Below are positions 7,636 to 17,300 of a stretch of 55,281 nt of DNA, one piece after another (positions within the stretch are counted from its first letter, which is position 1; each line of letters opens with the position of its first letter). The stretch comes from a virus (lineage: Duplodnaviria; Caudoviricetes): positions 1 to 55,281 of the IMG/VR virus record IMGVR_UViG_3300029309_000053; one strand, given 5' to 3'. The translations under genes and the position numbers were made by a program. The notes beneath the pieces were generated by a model. That model was not told where the DNA came from. It did not search any database and saw only the letters and a program-made list of their open reading frames with translations.

Positions 7636-9549
7636 ATGAGAATAGTTATTACCATCCTGTTTATGGGCGCTATATTTATGAGCCAAGCTCAAGAGTGCTC
7701 TTTGTTAATGCCTGATAATGTGAAAGTTATGGGGCTCACTAAGCGGTATTTAGTTGTTGATCTTGATGAGGTTGAGACCGTTACTCTACCTATTGTATTT
7801 CACATTGTGCATACTGGGTTGAGTTCAGAGAACAACATATCTGACGAACAAGTCCTCTCTCAATTGCAAGTTTTAAACGAAGAGTTTGAGGACAGCAAGA
7901 TACAATTCTGCTTAGCCGCTAGAGATCCAGATGGTAATCCATCGGTTGGTATAACTAGGTATGACGCTTCGTGGAACGAAGAGTATTTATATGACGGTGT
8001 ATCAAACGGAGCAATGGGCTCAAGTGGGTGGGGCCACGAAGACATGATGCAGTCTTCTGGTTGCTGGAATCCTGATGAATACATAAACTACTACATAGTT
8101 TCTGAGATCAACGGCAACGACGGAGGTAATGGTATTCAAGGCTTTGCATACTTAGGACCCACAAATGACTGCAGAGATGGGGTTGTTTGTCTGTATAATG
8201 TCACGGGCACAGAAGGTGTTGTTAAGTTGGGGAGAGAGCTTGGGTTTACTGGAGTCCACGAGATAGGTCATCATCTATCTCTGTACCATACGTTCTCAAA
8301 CACAATGGACTGCTTTGAGAGCAACTGTGAAACTCAGGGAGATCTAGTCTGTGACACTCCTGTGACATTCGCAAATCAGTCTGGCTGTGACTTACCCACA
8401 TGCGAGGGGGCTCTCACTGAAAACTTCATGGACTATACCATTGAGAGCTGTAAGGAAAGCTTCACTGTTGGGCAGTCAGAGCGTATGCACGAGCAGATAC
8501 AGACTGTCAGGTCTGAACTCGTAGACAACCTATCTTGTGTGCCTGTGGTTGACTATGACGTCACCCCGTATACAGCTATGTATCAAGAGGATTGGTGTAC
8601 CCCGTATCAAGATATATGGATTGATGTTTCAAATCAGGGCAGCACCACCTTAGACTTAGTAGAAGTTCAGCTTTATTGCAACGGTGACGAATATGTAGAG
8701 TACATATACGACATGGGTGTTGGTGTTGAGTCAGTTTTGTTTGAACAGGTTTTTGTTGACGGAGCTCAACAGTTTGAGGTTCAGACTATTAGCGCTCAGG
8801 ACCAGTACGAGGACAATGACTACGCATGGTGGCCACTCTCCACCGACGATGGCTACCTTATGCAGATCACAGTGGACACAGATGTCTGGGCCAACGAAAC
8901 TAGCTGGGACATATACGACTCATCTGGCGAGTTGCTTATAGGCGACGGGGGATACCCCATTCAATCAGGCCCATACGAATATGAAGTTTGTGTGTACGAC
9001 GATTGCTACGACATAGTTATTACTGACACTAATGGTGATGGGTTCTGCTCAATAGACTTTGACAATGATGGAGCTTGTGATATAGGCTCTCAAGGTATTA
9101 CTGCAGTTGTAAACGGACAGGTTGTTTTTGGCACTGAATTTGGACAGCAGTTCTCTGTGTTGGAAGAAAGCTTTTGTATAGACATAGAGCCATGTCCGTT
9201 AGACTTTGATGGCAATGGGACTATAGGCAACGGCGATATTATATACATGGTTGGTGAGTGGGGGTGTGAAGGCGACTGCGAAACAGACCCGAACAATGAT
9301 GGGACTGTGAATGTTTTTGACTTGCTTTATGTGCTTACTGAAATAGGCACCAACTGTCCGATAGAGCAAGACCTTTCTATTGGCATGCTAAAGCAACTAA
9401 CTGTTGCATCTTCTAGCATTATTGGTGGGGCTTCGCCACGCATATACGATGTATCTGGGAGAAGAGTTAGGGGTCAGATAGAAAGCCTTGCTACTGGGGT
9501 GTACATATTGAAGTGGGGCAACGTAACCAAAAAAGTATTTGTCCAATGA
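7636..9549 (+). CDS. secreted pappalysin/ulilysin-type M43 zinc metalloprotease with a dockerin-like Ca-binding repeat and a T9SS type A C-terminal sorting domain
   Basis: Signal peptide MRIVITILFMGAIFMSQA|Q; LPIVFHIVH...ISDEQV..Q..VLNE.F; metzincin HEIGHHLSLYHTF; Met-turn ENFMDY; DFDGNGTI/DPNNDGTVNVFDLL; C-terminal IYDVSGRRV...LATGVYIL...TKKVFVQ. The track start at 7495 would run through the terminator. Confidence 0.88.
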   Translation: MRIVITILFMGAIFMSQAQECSLLMPDNVKVMGLTKRYLVVDLDEVETVTLPIVFHIVHTGLSSENNISDEQVLSQLQVLNEEFEDSKIQFCLAARDPDGNPSVGITRYDASWNEEYLYDGVSNGAMGSSGWGHEDMMQSSGCWNPDEYINYYIVSEINGNDGGNGIQGFAYLGPTNDCRDGVVCLYNVTGTEGVVKLGRELGFTGVHEIGHHLSLYHTFSNTMDCFESNCETQGDLVCDTPVTFANQSGCDLPTCEGALTENFMDYTIESCKESFTVGQSERMHEQIQTVRSELVDNLSCVPVVDYDVTPYTAMYQEDWCTPYQDIWIDVSNQGSTTLDLVEVQLYCNGDEYVEYIYDMGVGVESVLFEQVFVDGAQQFEVQTISAQDQYEDNDYAWWPLSTDDGYLMQITVDTDVWANETSWDIYDSSGELLIGDGGYPIQSGPYEYEVCVYDDCYDIVITDTNGDGFCSIDFDNDGACDIGSQGITAVVNGQVVFGTEFGQQFSVLEESFCIDIEPCPLDFDGNGTIGNGDIIYMVGEWGCEGDCETDPNNDGTVNVFDLLYVLTEIGTNCPIEQDLSIGMLKQLTVASSSIIGGASPRIYDVSGRRVRGQIESLATGVYILKWGNVTKKVFVQ

Positions 9550-10562
9550 AAAAGCTGCTGTGGTTTTTCTTGCCTCTAGTTTCTTGGGGGCAATGTGACA
9601 TAGAGATAATAGGATTCAACCCTATATCCACTGACATGACTATCGCTGTCAACGGAGGGTACTGCGGGACCCCCTCAGACTCGATTGGAGAGTTCTTGCT
9701 TGCACTATCTTTTACCCCGCCTATAGAAGACATACAAGATGATTTTCCTTGCTTCTATGAGGACGGCTGGGCTAAATTAATATTTCCGTTAGACTTTCCT
9801 GGATTCGACATAGGCGAGGGTGAAGACGACATACTTCAGACGGGCGACACTATTACTTTTAATCTTGCAGAAACGCCGTGGGCTGGATCTGGATCTGCAG
9901 ACTGTTGGATTGATGTAATGCAAAGCGCAGCATACTTTATGGAGTGTGTGATAATAACTGTGTGGCAGATAAATGACAGCGAGAGCATAACAGGCGTAGG
10001 CGGACTTGCGGGATTCCCATATCCAGATGAAGATATATGGAACAGCTGGATCATGTGGTCTCTAAATGGCGCTTGTTCGCCACCGCCACCCCCAATCGTA
10101 TACGGATGCACCGATATGTTCGCATACAACTACAACGGAACTGCCACGATAAACGACGGAAGCTGTGTGTATCAGGGGTGCTTAGATCCTGACGCGCTAA
10201 ACTACTGTGAGGAATGCACTATAGAAGGTGACTGCATATATCCTCCAGACGACAACGACCTAGGCATTGATTGTAACGATCCATCTATCTACGTTCCAAA
10301 TACTTTCACGCCAAACAACGACGGAATAAACGATGTCTGGAGGCCCATAACCAAGCAGGATTGCTGGTGGAAGTGGGAGTGCCGCGTGTACAACAGGTGG
10401 GGCACGTTGGTTTGGATAAGCTACGACCCTAACGACAAGTGGATAGGGGAAAGGCTTGAGTACTTTGTTCCCGATGGGGTGTACACCTGGATGATACAGG
10501 GTTCCACATGGGAAAGCAATAAGGTTGTAAGTATGACAGGTAACGTAACTATCTTCAGATAA
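9546..10562 (+). CDS. secreted Cys-rich protein with a T9SS type B (gliding-motility-associated, CHU_C-like) C-terminal domain
   Basis: Signal peptide MKKLLWFFLPLVSWG|Q; two GC(T/L)D..A.NY repeats; IYVPNTFTPNNDGINDVW...VYNRWG...VPDGVY...GNVTIFR; ATGA overlap with the protease gene. Confidence 0.88.
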   Translation: MKKLLWFFLPLVSWGQCDIEIIGFNPISTDMTIAVNGGYCGTPSDSIGEFLLALSFTPPIEDIQDDFPCFYEDGWAKLIFPLDFPGFDIGEGEDDILQTGDTITFNLAETPWAGSGSADCWIDVMQSAAYFMECVIITVWQINDSESITGVGGLAGFPYPDEDIWNSWIMWSLNGACSPPPPPIVYGCTDMFAYNYNGTATINDGSCVYQGCLDPDALNYCEECTIEGDCIYPPDDNDLGIDCNDPSIYVPNTFTPNNDGINDVWRPITKQDCWWKWECRVYNRWGTLVWISYDPNDKWIGERLEYFVPDGVYTWMIQGSTWESNKVVSMTGNVTIFR

Positions 10563-10778
10563 TTACTCTACTTTATTTTTTGCTAGCAACAGCTTGATCT
10601 CTTGAATATCTTTTAATAGCTGCTTGACGTCGGCCTTAAACTCTGCGTTGTCTGTTTCAAGAGCATGAACGCGAGAGCTCAGTTTACCGTAGTCGTTTTG
10701 GAACTTTATCCAGCCACAAACTAACGCCCCTGCTACCGTTAGAAATTCAAAATGAGTTAAGTTTTCTAGCATAGCCAA
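10563..10778 (-). CDS. small membrane protein, probable holin or lysis accessory
   Basis: N-terminal hydrophobic segment plus coiled coil; end of the late block. Confidence 0.6.
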   Translation of the reverse strand: MAMLENLTHFEFLTVAGALVCGWIKFQNDYGKLSSRVHALETDNAEFKADVKQLLKDIQEIKLLLAKNKVE

Positions 10779-10781
10779 TAA

Positions 10782-10916
10782 TTATGACCCGCAGGCCTCA
10801 CATTCCTCTGGGTTCTCGATATTGCAAACCAGCTCGCCGCTTTTAATCTTATCTTCTTGCTTCTTTAGCTTATCGGCATCAAGAAATTCGCAGCAAAAAT
10901 CCTCTTCGTTGATCAT
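10782..10916 (-). CDS. 44-aa Cys-rich peptide ending CNIENPEECEACGS (not in the ORF track)
   Basis: Translated by hand: MINEEDFCCEFLDADKLKKQEDKIKSGELVCNIENPEECEACGS; ATGA overlap with the holin stop; fills the gap exactly. Confidence 0.75.
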   Translation of the reverse strand: MINEEDFCCEFLDADKLKKQEDKIKSGELVCNIENPEECEACGS

Positions 10917-11344
10917 TTTCTAGATTTTTCTATAGTCCTTCCCGCAAAGTATGCCCCAAAAGAAGTAAGCATCAGGATCTCCAGCAAAGATACATAAGAA
11001 TTTTTGACGTTAAAAGGCAGCTGATCAAGGGAGTCCAAAACCATTGTAGCCATAAACATTATCATTAGGCAGATTAAAGTAACTGGTCTTATGTACTTTG
11101 CAAGCTTGACATCGCTACCCATATCCGCCTTCCATCTTTCGGTTACGTTATTTTGAAATGCAATTTCTGCATCAACTATAGCCTTAGCTTCTGCGGGATC
11201 TACGTCATCCTCTTTATCTAAAAGGTTTTTTACAATGCCGAGCGCTCCCTTGTCGGGGAGCAGCTCGCCTACCGTGTCTAATACGCTGGGCGCCTTGTCT
11301 TTGAGCCAGGCCCCCAGCCGTGTGTTTTTAATTTTGTCTTTCAT
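10913..11344 (-). CDS. holin (3TM/GTA-holin-like)
   Basis: RWKADM.SD..LAK.IRP followed by two hydrophobic helices and AYFAGRTIEK. Confidence 0.75.
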   Translation of the reverse strand: MKDKIKNTRLGAWLKDKAPSVLDTVGELLPDKGALGIVKNLLDKEDDVDPAEAKAIVDAEIAFQNNVTERWKADMGSDVKLAKYIRPVTLICLMIMFMATMVLDSLDQLPFNVKNSYVSLLEILMLTSFGAYFAGRTIEKSRK

Positions 11345-14300
11345 GTATTGCGTTTGTTATAGCGTTCCTTGATCTCGGGTCTATGTACTTGCCCCTGAGT
11401 TCGTAATAGGCTTTGTTGAACTGGCTGATCTCAACTAACTCAGCCTCAGTAAGTTGATGAATAGCATTGATCCTGTCGATGTAGTCCTCAATCTTCTGGG
11501 CATTTTGCCTTGCCTCCCTGATAATCTCAAGTCTTTTCTTGGTGCCCTTTAGCACTTCATTGAGCTGTTGCACGCCTACGAAGTTCAGCCCCTGAGCATC
11601 CGTCTCACCTTTGTCAATCTCTCTTGTGTACTGCCCTAGCTCGTTGACGTTCTCTGTGAAAACGTCGTAGTTATAGTACTTGTTCTCCTTTCCGTACAAG
11701 ATGTTAAGGAACGGGATGTCCTTTCTTTCGATGGGCACGGTGTCCTCTTCGCGCATGGTAAACAGTTCATCAAGGAACTGATCAGAGCTTTCGAGATTTT
11801 GCAGTCTAGTCACCTTTCTCTTAGCCACCTCGTATCCGATACGGCCAAGGTTTGCCACCTGGCCTATGGTCTTTCCGAGGCCTGCGGTGTATGAGGAGAT
11901 GAGATATGCGTATGGGTCTGGATTAAAGTCAAGCGGTCCGCTTACATTTTCTGTGCCCTTTCCACCAAGCGCGTTTAGATACTTGGCTAGTTGCTTGACA
12001 ACCTCAGGGGATCTGAATGACAGAGTCCACTCTGGCACTGGTGCTCCAAACGGATACTGCTCTCTGATAATCTGGTTGCCAGTAAAGGATGTATTAGAAT
12101 ACAGGTCAACTGGGAATCTAAGAGCAGTCGGCAAGAAGCCCAACCCGATCCGCTCAATCACGTTGTCCCCCTGACCAAATCCGAGAGGAGAGAAAGAGTT
12201 CAACGCCCCCATACCGAGGAACACACCCCCATCGATGATGTCTCTCTGTCCAGTAGACAGCTCACCTATGGCCATGCCTATGTTATTAAACATGTTGTAT
12301 CCGTATGGGATAGGCAGGGTAAGGTAATCGCTAGGTCCGTCTCCGTAAAAGATGATGGAGTTTCTCTCCTTCACGTAGTCAGGGATGGTGTTGTAGTACA
12401 ACTCACCATCCTCCCCCTCTCCAGACATGGCAATGTTGAACAAGGTCTTCATCACCTCAAAGGCTACGACACCTCCAGCCAGCTTTGCTGTGGCAGGGGC
12501 CCTATTAAACCAGCCGTCTGACTGGCCGTTCTGACCTGGAGGCTTAGCCTTGGGTGTGGCCATGGTTCTTGTAAACCTGGCCGCAGACTGAGACGCTGCG
12601 TTGAAGAACAGATACATAGAGTTGTAGCTTGAAGACGCCTCACCTGATCTGTTAAAGTTCACGGTTATGTTCTTAGATAGCTGTGCTGCTCTTTGCTTTG
12701 ATACTCCGACCTTGCGAGCCTCTAGGTAGGCCGCAAATCTAATCGCGTTCTCAAAGGCCTCGTTGATGCCCTCGATATACTCAAAGATTTTCTTACCCTG
12801 ATAGAATCCCTTAAGAATTTCCTTAGCCTTAGCTGGATCCCCTGCTGCTTTCTCAAGTTTGCCCTGGATCTCGGCGATGGTTTCAGAATACGCCCACCCA
12901 GTTCTTCCTCCTGACTGCTTCCACTCCTGCAACTGTTTGGCCATCTCGGGATCGAGGTCGAACCCAAAGACGCCTTCCTTTAGCAGGGGCTTGAGCACCT
13001 TAAGCGATGTTGACACAACATCCCTAGAGAACTCACCTGGCTTTAAGCCGAAGCCAGTCATAATACCACCGTCTCTCTCCACCTCAGACATGGCGTTGAA
13101 TACGGCAGAGCCTATGTCTCGAACGTAGTTCTTAATGAAGAACGCGGGATTGTACACGGTTGCAAAGTTTCTTAGCAAAGAGATGTACTTACCCATGCTC
13201 TTTACGGCTGATCCTGTTTCTTCCTCCGTAAGTCCGTTCAAAGCATCAGCATAGCTCATGTCCTTGAAGAAGATAAAGTGCTGCTTACCGTTGATGCGAA
13301 GCGGCACCATGTGACGGTGAGCCTTCATCTCCGCTACGTTCATCTTCTGCTGAGAACCATCATCAGCAAGCTTGGTCATAGGGTTGGCTTCGGAGTAAAG
13401 CTTCCACACACCCTCATTCGGGTTCTCCTGAACCAATCTATGGAGCGAACGCATAGACTCATCCTTTCTTGCACGCTGCTTAATTGACATGTTCTGAGCA
13501 ATCACAGATGCCACGATATTCGTGCCAGTTCTAGACTTTCTACCCTTGGCCTTTTTACTTGACATACCATAGACAGAGAAACCGCCTCCCCCTGTTGGGT
13601 AGGAGTTGCTTTCTTCTGACTGCTCATCAAGAGCCAGGCCATTAAGCGGTACGTAGTTCTTGAATAAAGACTCCCAATGAGCAATGACCTCTCTTGATTC
13701 AAGGCCGCCTTCTACCATGGTCCTTCGTGTGTTAGCAACGATGTCGTACACAAGGTTTACTGAGTCCATGATCTCAGGGGACATAAGCTCGTCGATGATT
13801 GCGTCGGCCTCTTCGTTGGTCATACCAGAGCCTGCGTCCAAGTCCTTTCTCTTCTTGGAGATATGTGCGTTGCGCTCCTTAGCGTGCAGCGCATATAGCA
13901 AGTCAGACAGATCTTCAACCGTGTGGCCAGAAACCTCAAGGCTCTTACCTATCTTCTCTATCTCTCTGCCCAGCGACTCCATGTCCTCTCTTACCTTTCC
14001 GTAGAAGAGATCGATGGCCATCTCAAAGTCCTGAGACTCAGGCACTCTCTGACCCCTGAAGACCTCGATGTCCTGCTGCAAAAGCATGATATCGCTGTAC
14101 TTGTCCTGCAGCCTTCTTGTGATGGTCTGCAGCTTCTCTCCGTACGGGGTAGCGGTAGACTTCTCCCAAGCACTGTTACCCTGGGTGTACACTCTACCCA
14201 TCAGCCTTCTAGACCTCAAGGCCTGAGAGCCTCTAGCAAACTTAGACTCCTGCTGAGCGTGCTGACCAAACCTCCTCATGATGCGAGGCTTGTCAGGATT

Positions 14301-17300
14301 GTATATTACGTCAGCGTCAGAGGCCTTATCGTAGAGGGCGTAAGCCACGTCATTCATGCTCTCTGCCATAACAGCAATCGGGAAACCGTTGTTGAAGTTA
14401 TCTCCAGTCGTATCGTCTAGCTTCTCCGTAGTGAGCCCAGACGTTCTCGCAACATACGTAGCAACTATTCTTCCCGTACCGTCGGCTCCTAGATCGTTGA
14501 ATCTAGGGTCGTTCATGGTCTGTAATATCTCCTCTTTGCTCAGGAAGCCATCGTGATTCTTTGCCTTCATGCCTTTGACAACCTTGTCGATAAAAAGACC
14601 CCTTCCCTCAAATCCAAGCTGCTCATTTACATGCTCAGGAAGGTTGGACATAAATTCAAGAAACGCCTCAAGTCCCTGCTCGTCTTGAATGGTGACGCGA
14701 TTCTTTTTGACCTTAATGCCAGCCTTGTTCTTAAGCTTTCTGTCGTTCAGAACCCTTTCGAATTTGCTGTATTTCTTTACACTTGAGTTCGTGCCTCTCG
14801 TAGTCTGATATTCTTTCGAGGTTATGCCAATCTGACTCTTGAGCACCTCATTTATAACCGCAATGAGATCCTTATTGTAGTTGTTTCCTGACGCCTTGTT
14901 CTGACTGTAATACTCATTGACATATCTGAAGAACATCTCAATAGTCTTAGGGCTTCTGAGCGTGTTTTCTGGAGCTCTAAGGGCTATATCTATTGCTACG
15001 TACTTAGCGAACTCAGGCATGTCCGTAATCGCACTAGCGCTCTCTCCGTTAACGTGAGAAGAAAGCATTGCATCATTGAATGCAACTGCACCAAGCGGAC
15101 CTCCTATTTGATTCTGAATGAGCGCAATCCCGTTGCCCTCGCTGTCCCTAAGCTGATTTCCCTTCTTGTCCTTGATCACCCAAGCAACCTCTCCATGTCT
15201 AGTTCTGTCATAGAGAATAGCCTTGCTTACCATATTGTTCATAAGGCTTTTAACGGTGATGCCAAGCTTCTTGGCTGCCGCCTCGAGAGCTTCTCTTCTG
15301 TTCTTTCCAAACACAGCCCTGTCGCTGAGAGACAACGCTTCCTGTTCCGTCATGCCGATCGACATGTTGATGTAGTCGGAAGACCCCATGTCTCCATAGG
15401 TTTTAGGGCGGCCCTTCTTCTTACTGCCAATACCGATATCTCCTGTTGTCACCCTTGTGGACCTGAGGGGTCCACCAGCCTGAGCGTCGAGCACAAAGTC
15501 AGCACCCTCCTTGATCTCCTCAAGTCTAATGGTGGCATAGGACAACTCGTCCTCTGGTATCATAGACAGGTCTTCGACTCTTCTCTTCCTGGAGATAGAG
15601 CCTGGGGGTAACAACTCCCACACGTTGACCCCAAGCTCAGTGGCTTCGTATTCGAGCTGAGCGTTAGCCTCGTCTGCTGTAAGAAAGTCATAATCCTTTG
15701 CCAGATCAAAAAGCTCTGGAGCATTCTTCCTGTCCAAGACATAAACGGTTCTGTCAGACCTGGCTTGAACTTTAGCATGAACCTCGGCGATGTCAATGCC
15801 TGAGTTCATGAGAGCGAGCATGTTGTTTCTCTGCTGCAGCTGGAATCTAGCGGCCTCAACAGGTGTAAGAAACTGGGTGTCTGCGTCCACGACAGGCTTG
15901 AAGGAATGAAATTCAAGGCTAAATGTTTTGCCTTCCTTAGACTCTATGTTCTTAAACATATTGTGAATACGAGAGGTCTCTTGAACTAGGCTGCCTCGCT
16001 TCATTGCTACTTCCCTACCTATGTCCACCCTAGTCATAAGGTCGTTCATATTTCTCTCCCTTGGGAGCTGAAGAATAGGCTTCATGACCTTTGGCTTGCC
16101 ATCCTTATCAAGTCTTGGCTTAGGGTAGTTGAGGTTAAATCTCTTTCCGTCTCTGAAGAAGTGGATGTCTCTGATAACCCCCTCTCTTCTACCGTTGCCA
16201 GTCATGCTGGCATACCAGTTTGCAAAGTGTCTGTAGTCGTTGAACGTCTTGCTTCTCTGGCTGTCCATCTGAGACCCTCTGCCTACACGGGGATTAGCCT
16301 CCAAGTCTCCGAAGTTGAATACGTTCTGTGTCCAGAAAATCTCCACGTTCTGGAGATACTGCTTCTTGCTAGCAAGTGGTTGACCGCTTTCGATCTCTGC
16401 GATATCCTCTGCTGTCTCAACCTGCTCTGGGGTTGTGTACATCTCCCCAAGCGACTCACCCTCTGCAAAGTTCTTAAACCTCAAAACAAGGTTGATGAGG
16501 TCAGAGTCGGTTGATGCGTCTGGGAACCCCGTGATCTTAGAGAACACATTACGAACCACAGCCTTGACGCCTAGGTCAGAGATCTCAAAACCCTCGATGG
16601 GGTTTTGAGATCTTATGAACTCACCCTCAGCGATTGCCTCAAACAGAGCTGTGATAAGCTCTCTATCTCTTTCGCCTCTCGCTGCCTCCGAGTACTGCAT
16701 GTCCAACGCCTCAACAAGCTCCTGAACTCTCTCAGACTTGAGGCCCCTGATCTGTTCGGCAAGATCGTACACCATCTCGGGATTATCCTGGAAGAGAGGC
16801 TCGAGGAAGAAGTGCGTGTACTCGTGGAATGCAACTCTGCTTAGGTCTGCATCCTTGTGTATGTGGATCTCGTGAGAGCCGTCAGGTCTCTCCATGTACA
16901 GCCCCTCGGTGACAAGCTCGTTCCTGAATGGCACAGGCGCCTCGCTTCTCACACTCTCTCCATTGACGTATGCAAGAGACTCGTCATCGTGAAGGACAAT
17001 GCTTACGCGCCTACCACTTCCCTTTGCTTGATCAATGACATTCTGAAGAGCCTTAATTTCGGAGGCGGTGAACTGTGAGAGGTCCACCTCTTGATCTCCG
17101 TCGATGACAACTTCTCTCGCATCCGCAAACCCTCTTGATCTCCAGTCTTGACCCTGCGTTGTAACGAGTCCACCAAACGAGTCCACACCGATCCTTCCCT
17201 CGCCAGAGAACATAAGCAACCCGAGGTTGATATTCTGTATCTGCTTGCCGCCCTTATTGTACGCATCTTGCAGCTCAGCAAATCTCTCCTGAGACATACC

